A stretch of 64,000 nt of DNA. Source: an uncultured Lachnospiraceae bacterium (GTDB lineage: Bacteria > Bacillota > Clostridia > Lachnospirales > Lachnospiraceae). The notes under the pieces are model-generated. The model did not search any database, was not told the origin of the DNA, and was given only the letters and a program-made list of their open reading frames with translations. The stretch is taken from the NCBI GenBank assembly GCA_910587155.1, contig CAJULA010000008.1, positions 32,343 through 96,342 of the forward strand. Direction: 5' to 3'. The translations under genes were made by a program, and so were the position numbers. Shown here piece after piece: positions 52,295 through 61,164 of this stretch (its first letter is position 1; the number at the start of each line of letters is the position of its first letter).

Positions 52295-54532
52295 ATGGAT
52301 GAGAGAATACTGAAAACCGAATATTCGGAAGTGATGCAGAAATCCTATATCGACTATGCCATGAGCGTAATCATAGCACGTGCTCTGCCGGACGTGCGGG
52401 ACGGACTCAAACCGGTGCAGCGGCGGACTCTTTATGATATGTACGAGCTGGGTATCCGCTATGACAGGCCCTATCGGAAGAGCGCCCGTATTGTGGGCGA
52501 TACCATGGGAAAATACCATCCTCACGGGGACAGTTCCATTTACGAAGCGCTGGTGGTAATGACGCAGGATTTCAAAAAAGGGCTGCCGCTGATCGACGGA
52601 CACGGAAATTTCGGCAATATTGAGGGCGACGGCGCCGCGGCCATGCGTTATACGGAGGCGCGCCTGCAAAAGATTACCCAGGAAGCGTTTCTGGCCGATC
52701 TGGATAAGGACGTCGTGGACTTTATTCCCAATTTTGACGAGACGGAAAGAGAGCCGTCCGTTCTGCCGGTGCGGATTCCGAACCTGCTCATCAATGGTTC
52801 CGAAGGGATTGCCGTAGGCATGGCGACCAGCATTCCGCCCCATAATCTGGGAGAAGTGATTGATGCCGTCAAAGCCTACATGCGGGATCCTGCCATCGAC
52901 ACTGCCGGTCTGATGAAATATATCAAAGGGCCGGATTTTCCCACCGGGGGCATTGTGATCAACAAGTCGGATCTGAAGCAGATCTACGAGACCGGGTCCG
53001 GCAAAATCAGGATCAGAGGAAAGACAGAGACGGAAAAGGGCCGCGGGGGCAGGATCAACCTCGTGATCACGGAAATCCCCTATCCCATGATCGGCGCCGG
53101 CATTTCCAAATTTCTGTCCGATGTGGCCGCCCTCGCGGAAACGAAAAAGACTATGGACATCGTGGACATTTCCAATCAGTCCTCCAAGGAAGGCATCCGT
53201 ATCGTCATAGAGCTGCGCAAAGATACCGATGTGGAAAACTTTAAAAACATGCTCTATAAAAAGACCCGTCTGGAAGACACCTTCGGCGTGAATATGCTGG
53301 CCATTGCCGACGGGCGTCCGGAGACGATGGGGCTTAAGCAGATCATTGCTGCCAGTGTGGATTTTCAGTTTGAAGTGACAAGACGCAAATATACGACACT
53401 GCTGGCAAAGGAACAGGAGAAAAAGGAGATTCAGGAGGGGCTGATCAAGGCCTGCAATGTGATTGACCTGATTATAGAGATACTGCGCGGCTCCAGAGAC
53501 CGGGCCATGGCCAGAGACTGCCTGGTGGAGGGAAAGACAGACGGTATCCGGTTTCATTCCAAAGAGTCCAGGGTGATGGCAGGGCTGCTGCGTTTTACGG
53601 AAAAGCAGGCAAACGCCATTCTGGAAATGCGCCTGTACCGACTGATCGGACTGGAGCTGGAAGCTCTGGTAAAAGAACATGAAGAGACGCTTACCAATAT
53701 CTATCGCTATGAGGACATTCTGGAACGCAGAGATTCCATGGCAACGGTCATCATCAATGAACTTGATGCCATCAAAAAAGCATATAAGAGAAACCGGCGT
53801 ACGGTAGTGGAAGACGGCAAGGAAGCCGTATTTGAAGAAAAGAAGCCGCAGGAGATGGATATTGTCTTTCTCATGGATCGTTTCGGCTATGTAAAAGCCA
53901 TTGATATGGGCACCTATGAGCGGAACAAAGAAGCGGCCGAGAGTGAAAACCGTTTCGTATTTTCCTGTAAAAATACCGGACGCCTCTGTTTCTTCACCGA
54001 CTCGGGTTCCCTTCATACCGTCAAGGCTGCCGACATTCCTTTCGGCAAATTCCGGGACAAAGGGATACCGCTGGATAATGTGAGCAATTTTGATTCTTCT
54101 GCGGAACAGATCCTATACGCCACAAACCAGACAGAGTTAAATCTTTGCAGGGTAGTCTTTGTCACAGCCCTTTCCATGGTGAAGATCGTGGACGGCGGTG
54201 AATTTGACGTGGCCAAACGCACCGTGGCTGCCACCAAACTGCAGGACGGAGACAGTGTCGTCAGCGTTATGGCGCTCCGAGAGCAGCGCGAGGTGATATT
54301 GCAGAGCAACCACGGATATTTCCTGAAATTTTTGCTGGACGAGATACCGGTAAAGAAAAAGAGCGCGCTGGGCGTGCGGGGCATGAAGCTGGCCGATGAC
54401 GACCAGGTGGAGCATGTCTACTATACCGGAGGCGATGGAGACACATCCATCCCCTACAAGAGCAAAACGCTGGAGCTGACAAAACTAAAAACCGGAAAAC
54501 GGGATACAAAAGGCGTGAAAGTAAGAGCGTAA
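52295..54532 (+). CDS. Type IIA topoisomerase subunit A (GyrA/ParC family; ParC-like, no GyrA box seen)
   Basis: [24 protein letters not shown] and [10 protein letters not shown] motifs (catalytic Tyr). The C-terminal domain is short and has no QRRGGKG-type GyrA box. Confidence 0.9.
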   Translation: MDERILKTEYSEVMQKSYIDYAMSVIIARALPDVRDGLKPVQRRTLYDMYELGIRYDRPYRKSARIVGDTMGKYHPHGDSSIYEALVVMTQDFKKGLPLIDGHGNFGNIEGDGAAAMRYTEARLQKITQEAFLADLDKDVVDFIPNFDETEREPSVLPVRIPNLLINGSEGIAVGMATSIPPHNLGEVIDAVKAYMRDPAIDTAGLMKYIKGPDFPTGGIVINKSDLKQIYETGSGKIRIRGKTETEKGRGGRINLVITEIPYPMIGAGISKFLSDVAALAETKKTMDIVDISNQSSKEGIRIVIELRKDTDVENFKNMLYKKTRLEDTFGVNMLAIADGRPETMGLKQIIAASVDFQFEVTRRKYTTLLAKEQEKKEIQEGLIKACNVIDLIIEILRGSRDRAMARDCLVEGKTDGIRFHSKESRVMAGLLRFTEKQANAILEMRLYRLIGLELEALVKEHEETLTNIYRYEDILERRDSMATVIINELDAIKKAYKRNRRTVVEDGKEAVFEEKKPQEMDIVFLMDRFGYVKAIDMGTYERNKEAAESENRFVFSCKNTGRLCFFTDSGSLHTVKAADIPFGKFRDKGIPLDNVSNFDSSAEQILYATNQTELNLCRVVFVTALSMVKIVDGGEFDVAKRTVAATKLQDGDSVVSVMALREQREVILQSNHGYFLKFLLDEIPVKKKSALGVRGMKLADDDQVEHVYYTGGDGDTSIPYKSKTLELTKLKTGKRDTKGVKVRA

Positions 54533-54540
54533 TGTTAAGC

Positions 54541-54632
54541 CAGCAGCTTACCGCAGAGCGCCGGGATTGCTTAACGGACGGGGACGCGGCCGGGAAGCAA
54601 TCCGAGACAGTGGCGCCGGAGGGAAGCTGCGG
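54541..54632 (+). other. GC-rich nested inverted repeats (possible structured RNA) between the topoisomerase gene and rsmD
   Basis: Three nested pairings: GCAGCTT/AAGCTGC, GCGCC/GGCGC, GGATTGCTT/AAGCAATCC. No U-tract follows. Confidence 0.35.
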
Positions 54633-54659
54633 AACTAATTATAGAAGGGATACAAAGAT

Positions 54660-55205
54660 ATGAGAGTCATTGCGGGAACCGCCCGTCGTCTGCCGCTGAA
54701 AGCACCGCAGGGCATGGATGTCAGACCTACCACCGACCGGATCAAGGAAACTTTATTCAATATCTTGCAGAGCGATGTGGGAGGCAGCGTCTTTGTCGAT
54801 CTGTTCAGCGGCAGCGGCGGCATTGGAATAGAAGCCCTCAGCCGGGGTGCAAAAAAAGCGTACTTTGTGGAACATGACAAACGGGCTGCCGGATTTATCC
54901 GGGAAAATCTGGCTTTTACCAGACTGGCTGAAAGGGCGGTCGTGTTACAGCAGGATGTTTTTTCCGCCCTGTACAGGATTGGGGAGGAAGCGGATCTGAT
55001 CTTTATGGATCCACCGTACGGACAGGGGCTGGAGAAACAGGTGATGGAGAGACTGCGGGAAGCGGACTTTGTGACCGCGGATACCCGGATCATCATAGAA
55101 ACCTCTCTGGATACGGATTTTTCCTGGCTGGAAAAATCAGGTTTCCTCCTCCTGCGGGAGAAACGCTATAAGACAAACAGACATATGTTTGTCAGGAGGG
55201 CATAA
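54660..55205 (+). CDS. rsmD: 16S rRNA (guanine966-N2)-methyltransferase RsmD
   Basis: MRVIAGTARRLPLKAP....RPTTDRIKETLFNIL, DLFSGSGGIG, and DPPY. Confidence 0.9.
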   Translation: MRVIAGTARRLPLKAPQGMDVRPTTDRIKETLFNILQSDVGGSVFVDLFSGSGGIGIEALSRGAKKAYFVEHDKRAAGFIRENLAFTRLAERAVVLQQDVFSALYRIGEEADLIFMDPPYGQGLEKQVMERLREADFVTADTRIIIETSLDTDFSWLEKSGFLLLREKRYKTNRHMFVRRA

Positions 55206-55208
55206 CAG

Positions 55209-55697
55209 ATGAAAAACGCCATTTATCCGGGCAGCTTTGACCCGGTTACTTACGGGCACCTGGATATTATCAGAAGAGCTGCGGCAATTTTTGATGAACT
55301 GATCATCAGTGTTTTAAATAATGTCAGAAAAACTCCATTGTTTTCTGTGGAGGAACGTGTTAGAATACTGGAAAACGCCACAAAAGACATCCCCAATGTG
55401 CGGGTGGAATCCTTCAGCGGCCTGCTCGTGGATTATGCCATGCGGCGGGATGTCCATGTCATCGTGAGAGGACTGCGGGCGATTACCGATTTTGAATATG
55501 AGTTACAGAATGCACAGACGAACAGACTGTTGTCAAAAGGAGAACTGGACACCATGTTTTTTACCACCAGTCTGGAATACGCCTATTTAAGTTCTACGAC
55601 AGTCAGAGAAATTGCCAGCTTTGGCGGGGATATTTCCGGATGTGTGCCAGACTTCGTAGAAGAACTGATCTATAATAAGTTTGGAATCCATAAATGA
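55209..55697 (+). CDS. coaD: Phosphopantetheine adenylyltransferase
   Basis: [17 protein letters not shown] and SSTTVREI motifs. Confidence 0.95.
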   Translation: MKNAIYPGSFDPVTYGHLDIIRRAAAIFDELIISVLNNVRKTPLFSVEERVRILENATKDIPNVRVESFSGLLVDYAMRRDVHVIVRGLRAITDFEYELQNAQTNRLLSKGELDTMFFTTSLEYAYLSSTTVREIASFGGDISGCVPDFVEELIYNKFGIHK

Positions 55698-55708
55698 AAG
55701 GTGCAGGC

Positions 55709-56308
55709 ATGAGCAGTAAGATAGAGCAGTTGATAGATGAAATCGAACAGTATATTGACAGTTGTAAATATCAGGCACTGTCCAATACGAAGATCATTGT
55801 AAATAAAGAAGAGATTGATGAGCTTCTCCGTGAACTCCGTATGAAGACGCCTGATGAGATCAAACGATATCAGAAGATCATCAGCAACAAGGAAGCGATC
55901 TTAAAAGATGCCAAGGAGAAGGCGGAGGCGCTGATCAACGCTGCCACCGTACAGACAAACGAATTGATCAATGAACATGAAATCATGCAGCAGGCCTATG
56001 CACAGGCCAATGAAGTGGTGGAGATGGCTACCAGACAGGCTCAGGAGATCCTGGATAATGCCATGATAGAGGCCAATGGCGTCAAGGCGGCGGCCATGCA
56101 GTATACCGATGATATCCTGGGCAATCTGGAGACTCTGATTACCCAATTTATTGAAAATACATCCCAACAGTTTGACCGTTCCACCCACTCTCTGGAGGAT
56201 TGCCTGAATATCGTCAAGTCAAACCGGATGGAACTCAACCCGGCTCCGGAAGAGCCGGAAAACCAGGAACAGGAACTGGCGGAAGAAGAGAGCATCCGCC
56301 TGATGTAA
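55709..56308 (+). CDS. Coiled-coil protein of unknown function (ATPase subunit H/b-like heptads)
   Basis: Long helical Glu/Lys/Ala-rich ORF. The start is ATG 55709 or 55694. No catalytic motif. Confidence 0.55.
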   Translation: MSSKIEQLIDEIEQYIDSCKYQALSNTKIIVNKEEIDELLRELRMKTPDEIKRYQKIISNKEAILKDAKEKAEALINAATVQTNELINEHEIMQQAYAQANEVVEMATRQAQEILDNAMIEANGVKAAAMQYTDDILGNLETLITQFIENTSQQFDRSTHSLEDCLNIVKSNRMELNPAPEEPENQEQELAEEESIRLM

Positions 56309-56326
56309 GATGCAGAGGAGACCCCA

Positions 56327-57361
56327 ATGAAATTCAGAAAACGTTTTATGACCGGACTGGCAGCGGCTCTGCTTTTTGCCGCTGCGGTCCCTTTTCATAC
56401 TCTGGCAGCTCCGGCAGATATAGGTGCCGGGACAGGGCAGGATATTGTTGTTGTCATTGATCCGGGACACGGCGGCAGCAATATCGGCGGACAGATTCCG
56501 GGTGTGGATGAAAAAAATGCCACCCTTGTCACTGCGCTGGCCATGAAAGAAGAACTGGAAAAATATGAAGGAATTACCGTATATCTGACCCGCTACGGGG
56601 ATCAGGAGCTGAGCCTTGCAGAGCGTCCACGGCTCGCGAAAGCGGTGGATGCGGATTTCTTTTTCAGTATTCACTATAACAAAGCCGTGCCGAACCGTCT
56701 GTACGGCGCGGAAGTGTGGATCCCCTCTCTGGGTGAGAACTATGCAAAAGGATACGCCTGCGGCGATCTGATTCTGAATGAGCTCTGTGATACATACGGA
56801 CTTTACCGGAGAGGAATCAAGACAAAGCTGAATGATAAGGGGACTGATTATTACGGCGTGATCAAAAATGCCACCGCTCTGGGCATCCCTTCCATGATTA
56901 TCGAACACTGCCATATTGACAACGAAGTGGATATGCCATTCTTTAACAGCCCGGAGAAACTGGTGCTTCTGGGACGCCTGGATGCCACAGGCGTGGCCAA
57001 ATATTTCGGCCTGAAGTCAGAAGCGCTGGGCGTGGATTATTCCGCGGTGCCAAAGACGATGGTAGCGCCTCCCACATCCCCGGTATCCCAGGATCTGACT
57101 CCTCCTGAGACGGCCGCTATCCTTTCCGCCTCCCGGGCAGACGGCAAAATTACCGCCACATTGCAGGGAAGCGATGCGCAGAGCAGTATTCTTTATTATG
57201 ACTACAGCCTGGACGGCGGACTGACCTGGTCAATCCTTCAGAAATGGGAAAGTGCCGGTGCGACCCATACCGTGACGATTCCTGCGGACGGTCCTTCTCT
57301 TACCGTGCGCATCTACAACCAGTATGACCTTGCTTCCCAGAGCGGGACAGTGATGTTATAA
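56327..57361 (+). CDS. N-acetylmuramoyl-L-alanine amidase (Amidase_3) with signal peptide and C-terminal beta domain
   Basis: Signal peptide present. VVVIDPGHGGSNIGG, SIHYN and IIEHCHIDN motifs. Confidence 0.85.
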   Translation: MKFRKRFMTGLAAALLFAAAVPFHTLAAPADIGAGTGQDIVVVIDPGHGGSNIGGQIPGVDEKNATLVTALAMKEELEKYEGITVYLTRYGDQELSLAERPRLAKAVDADFFFSIHYNKAVPNRLYGAEVWIPSLGENYAKGYACGDLILNELCDTYGLYRRGIKTKLNDKGTDYYGVIKNATALGIPSMIIEHCHIDNEVDMPFFNSPEKLVLLGRLDATGVAKYFGLKSEALGVDYSAVPKTMVAPPTSPVSQDLTPPETAAILSASRADGKITATLQGSDAQSSILYYDYSLDGGLTWSILQKWESAGATHTVTIPADGPSLTVRIYNQYDLASQSGTVML

Positions 57362-57422
57362 AATAGCAGGCAGGGGCCATATTCCAAACAGGAAAAGAAA
57401 GAGACAGCGAAAGGGAACATGA

Positions 57423-57764
57423 ATGGATGTAATCGAAATTTTCAGCTTCAGCATTTGCCTGATTGTCGCACTGATCATGGCCGCAATCGGCGTGGCGCAG
57501 ATCAGAAGCAAGACACCGGTAGGATTCTACTCAGGGGAAAAGCCTTTGGAGGAAAGGGAACTGTCGGATGTGCCTATGTGGAATAAAAAACATGGCCTGA
57601 TGTGGATCAGCTACGGAATTATCATCCTTGTTTCTTATTTCGGCGGATTCCTGATCGGTATGGCGACGGTGTGGTGTGTGATTCCCGTCGTGGGAGGGAC
57701 GATCCTTCCTGTCTTTGTCATGATCTGGTATCATCACCATCTGATCAGGCTGTATAAAATCTGA
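57423..57764 (+). CDS. Small membrane protein (3 predicted TM helices)
   Basis: Hydrophobic ORF with no recognised family. Confidence 0.55.
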   Translation: MDVIEIFSFSICLIVALIMAAIGVAQIRSKTPVGFYSGEKPLEERELSDVPMWNKKHGLMWISYGIIILVSYFGGFLIGMATVWCVIPVVGGTILPVFVMIWYHHHLIRLYKI

Positions 57765-57893
57765 CCGGATCAGAAGTCCGTCATAAAACCTTTGCTTTCC
57801 GTTACGAAAGAGCAATGTCCGGCATACACTTTTGTCGGCGGCATACCGATATAAAAGATAGAAAAATTTACCTGAATCATGGAGGATAACGGT

Positions 57894-58682
57894 ATGGGAC
57901 TTGCAATCGGTATGAGACCCCCCGGCCCCAGGAAAGTCACGCTGAAAAACCCGGACGGATCTGTGGCAGCGACAGTCAGCTTTCATACGCCGGAAAAGAA
58001 AAAGGTCAAACGGCTTAACTATAATTTCAAGGAAATATCAGGACAGATTCTCCGGGCCAAGACCTGCATGAGCGCCAAGCAGGTGGCAGTGCGTGCCCGC
58101 AGCAAGGCAGCCATACTCCGCAGACAGTTAAAATGCGGTGTATATGACGACCAGGAACTGGAAAGTGCGATCCTGCATGCAGAGCAGATGGTCCGCATTG
58201 CCAAGAAGCGGATGCGGCATCTGGAAGAAGAGGAGCGGGCCGGAAAGGAAAAGGGAGAGACGATCTGTGAAGCAGAGCTGGAAGGAAAAGAGGAAGAAAC
58301 CACTCTGGGCGATATGATTATGCCCGAAGATCTGGGACTGAGCGGTGAGAAGGTAAAAGAACTGATGCAGGAACTGCAGGATCTTCTGGAAGAGATGGAG
58401 AGCCAGGACGGACTTTCAGACCTTTATGGAATCACCGCGGGAGCAGATATTGATCCCGCAGACCTGGAGCTGATGAAGAAGAAGCACCGGGCCGATGAAC
58501 TGCGGGAGATTGCCGAGGCGGATATGAAATATCTCAAAGCCTTTTTCACCAAGCTTGAGCGTGACAGACGGGAGGTGTCCAGCGGTGTATCGCTGAATCT
58601 CTCCGGGGTGGAGATGCCTGTGCCGGTGGCAGCAGAAGAACCTGTTATCATAGAGGGCGGCAGTTTTGACGTGATGGCATGA
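57894..58682 (+). CDS. Hypothetical acidic protein
   Basis: GGAGGA lies 7 nt before the ATG at 57894; the ORF-track start is 57879. The N-terminus is basic and the second half is Glu/Asp-rich. Confidence 0.55.
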   Translation: MGLAIGMRPPGPRKVTLKNPDGSVAATVSFHTPEKKKVKRLNYNFKEISGQILRAKTCMSAKQVAVRARSKAAILRRQLKCGVYDDQELESAILHAEQMVRIAKKRMRHLEEEERAGKEKGETICEAELEGKEEETTLGDMIMPEDLGLSGEKVKELMQELQDLLEEMESQDGLSDLYGITAGADIDPADLELMKKKHRADELREIAEADMKYLKAFFTKLERDRREVSSGVSLNLSGVEMPVPVAAEEPVIIEGGSFDVMA

Positions 58683-58710
58683 GACTGCTCTGCTGCGTGT
58701 CATCACTCCT

Positions 58711-59667
58711 TCAAAACCGCCCCGGGGACCTGTACATGAGCATCAGGTTAAAATAAATCATTGTCAACATGCTCTGCATTATTTTATGTAAAAGATAAGA
58801 AGTCATGGACAGATCGGTGTCTCCGACCATGGCATAGGTCTGCGCAATGCAGGACAGGCCGCCGAACGGAAGCAATGTGAGAATCAGAAGCGGATGTCCC
58901 GTCCCGGTCATGGTGATCCCGCCGGTGATCTCCAGCAGGAGGCAGACGGGTGCCTGCATCGTCCGCCAGGAAGCGGGCAGATGATCAAAGCAGAGCCTTG
59001 GCAGGATATTGAGCAGATTAAAAAATACCATATAACCTCCCAGCTTTGTAATGCTGCGGATACCGGATGAAACGGCGGTATCCAGGGCAGCCGCGAAGGT
59101 GGGGGGTTTTTTTGTGTGTCGGGGCGTCTCCCGGCTTGTGATCTGCCGGCCATAGACGATATACCGCAGAAACAGACCATAACAAAGCGGGATCCCATAC
59201 ATTCCTGTCAGATAAACCCAGACCGGTATATCGACCGGGAGGAAGGCCAGAACAAAGCCGGTGAAAAAGACAGGACCGATATTGTTACAGAAAGCAAGCA
59301 GAAATTCTGCCTCCGATTTGCTGATCTGCCCAAGGCGGTACATATCCCCGGCGATTTTGGAACCCATGGGAAAACCGCATAAAAAGCCGATGACAATGCC
59401 GTACAGGCAATGGTTGCCAACCCGGAACAGGGGATAGAGCAGCGGGCGGAAAAAAGAAGCAAACCGGTCTGATATCTGCAGAAGGATCATCATGCCCGAC
59501 AATACCATAAAGGGAAAAAGTGTGGGTATCATTTTGCGAAACCAGGCATCCAGCCCCATAAAAGCGTAGGAAAGCGCTGTTTCCGGATAGCAGAGGATGG
59601 CGGCGGTCATACAGACAAAGAAAAAAAGCAAACCTGATTTTTTTATAAATTTTTGCAAGATTTTCAC
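58711..59667 (-). CDS. ylbJ: Sporulation integral membrane protein YlbJ (nucleoside-recognition domain family)
   Basis: Polytopic membrane protein with GLDAWFRKMIPTLFPFMVLS and GGLSCIAQT motifs. GTG start with no clear RBS. Same neighbourhood as rsmD-coaD, as in the Bacillus ylbH-ylbI-ylbJ region. Confidence 0.75.
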   Translation of the reverse strand: MKILQKFIKKSGLLFFFVCMTAAILCYPETALSYAFMGLDAWFRKMIPTLFPFMVLSGMMILLQISDRFASFFRPLLYPLFRVGNHCLYGIVIGFLCGFPMGSKIAGDMYRLGQISKSEAEFLLAFCNNIGPVFFTGFVLAFLPVDIPVWVYLTGMYGIPLCYGLFLRYIVYGRQITSRETPRHTKKPPTFAAALDTAVSSGIRSITKLGGYMVFFNLLNILPRLCFDHLPASWRTMQAPVCLLLEITGGITMTGTGHPLLILTLLPFGGLSCIAQTYAMVGDTDLSMTSYLLHKIMQSMLTMIYFNLMLMYRSPGRF

Positions 59668-59720
59668 CCAGAAAAGAAAAAATGTTGTATACTCATAAAT
59701 ATGTGCCGGGAGGTGGATTC

Positions 59721-60482
59721 ATGCGTCTTGACAAATATCTGACAAAGGCCGGTATGGGAAGCCGCAGTCAGGTAAAAGAATACATTCGCGGAGGGCTGGT
59801 GACCGTGGAGGGAAAGACAGAGACCGATTGTGGACGTCACATTGAGGAGACGGCATGTGTGGTCACCTGCCGCGGACAGACTGTGGGATATCAGAAAACG
59901 GCCTATTACATGCTCAATAAGCCGGGCGGCTTTGTCTGTGCCACAAAGGATGAGAAGGATCGCACTGTGATGGAACTGTTGGCGGATACGGGCAGAGACG
60001 ATCTGTTTCCGGTGGGACGGCTGGACAAGGATACGGAAGGCCTGCTGCTTATCACCAACGACGGAGAGCTGGCGCACCGACTGCTGTCTCCTGCCAGACA
60101 TGTGCCCAAGCAATATCTGGCGGTGTTGTCCGGGGAGCCCTCGCCGCAGCAGACGGCCATGCTGGAACATGGTGTGGATATCGGTGAGGGAACGCTGACC
60201 GCACCCGCAGTATTTGCCTGGAAGGACAGGCAGCGGCTGGAAGCGCTGCTCACCGTGACAGAAGGTAAATATCATCAGGTGAAACGCATGTTTGCGGCGG
60301 TGGGCTGCCGGGTACTGGCGTTGCGCCGGCTTTCGATGGGGACACTGCTGCTGGATGAGCGTCTGGCCCCCGGAGCTTACCGGTGCCTTCTGGATACGGA
60401 AGTGGACAGTCTGCTTGCGGTAACCGGCCTGAAGGAACCGGCGCCGGGACACAAAGAGGAGAGAGAACATGCTGCGGAATAA
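59721..60482 (+). CDS. Pseudouridine synthase, RsuA/RluB family, with S4 domain
   Basis: GGGAGGTGG RBS. MRLDKYLTKAGMGSRSQVKEYI (S4 domain) and the catalytic GRLDKDTEGLLL motif. Confidence 0.9.
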   Translation: MRLDKYLTKAGMGSRSQVKEYIRGGLVTVEGKTETDCGRHIEETACVVTCRGQTVGYQKTAYYMLNKPGGFVCATKDEKDRTVMELLADTGRDDLFPVGRLDKDTEGLLLITNDGELAHRLLSPARHVPKQYLAVLSGEPSPQQTAMLEHGVDIGEGTLTAPAVFAWKDRQRLEALLTVTEGKYHQVKRMFAAVGCRVLALRRLSMGTLLLDERLAPGAYRCLLDTEVDSLLAVTGLKEPAPGHKEEREHAAE

Positions 60483-61134
60483 AAAAGCCGTAATTTTTGA
60501 TATGGACGGATCCCTTGTGGATTCCATGTGGGTATGGAAAGAGATTGATATCGAATATCTGGGGCGATTCGGCCTGGAAATTCCTGACGATCTGCAGCAC
60601 TGCATCGGCGGGATGAGTTTTACGGAAACAGCGGTTTATTTCAAAGAGCGGTTTTCGCTCGTTCGTTCCGTGGAGCAGATCAGAGACGACTGGAATCAGA
60701 TGGCCTGGGACAAATACCGCACCAGAGTGATGCTCAAGCCCGGTGCCCGTCAGCTGCTTGATCACTGCCGGGAGCAGGGGATCAGGCTTGGCATTGCCAC
60801 AAGCAATTCCCGGGAGATCGTGGATATGACGATGAAGGAGCGGGGCGTCGCCGGATATTTTTCCTGTATTATGACAGCCTGTGATGCCAGGAAGGGGAAA
60901 CCGGCACCGGATATCTACCTTCTGACAGCCAGCCGGCTTGGGGTGTCGCCTTGTGAGTGTCTGGTATTTGAGGATATCGTGCCGGGTATTCTGGCGGGAA
61001 AGGCGGCGGGGATGGAAGTGTGCGCGGTGGACGATGTCTATTCTTCCTACCAGGAAGCGGAAAAACGCCGCCTGGCCCATTATTACATAAAAGACTTTAC
61101 GGATATCAGAGAAGTCAGGGAACGCCTGCCATGA
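60469..61134 (+). CDS. HAD-superfamily hydrolase (beta-phosphoglucomutase-like subfamily IA)
   Basis: AVIFDMDGSLVDS, ATSNS, KGKPAPD and FEDIVPG motifs. Confidence 0.85.
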   Translation: MLRNKKAVIFDMDGSLVDSMWVWKEIDIEYLGRFGLEIPDDLQHCIGGMSFTETAVYFKERFSLVRSVEQIRDDWNQMAWDKYRTRVMLKPGARQLLDHCREQGIRLGIATSNSREIVDMTMKERGVAGYFSCIMTACDARKGKPAPDIYLLTASRLGVSPCECLVFEDIVPGILAGKAAGMEVCAVDDVYSSYQEAEKRRLAHYYIKDFTDIREVRERLP

Positions 61135-61164
61135 CCGTTACCCCTGCCGGAACAGAAAATAAGG

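Noticed and set aside
52289-54016. 575-aa minus-strand ORF
   Set aside because: It is antisense and in register with the GyrA/ParC-family gene. It has no recognisable domain.
52295-54532. Calling this gene gyrA outright
   Set aside because: No GyrA box is present, the C-terminal domain is short and the location is not origin-proximal. It is kept as GyrA/ParC family, ParC-like.
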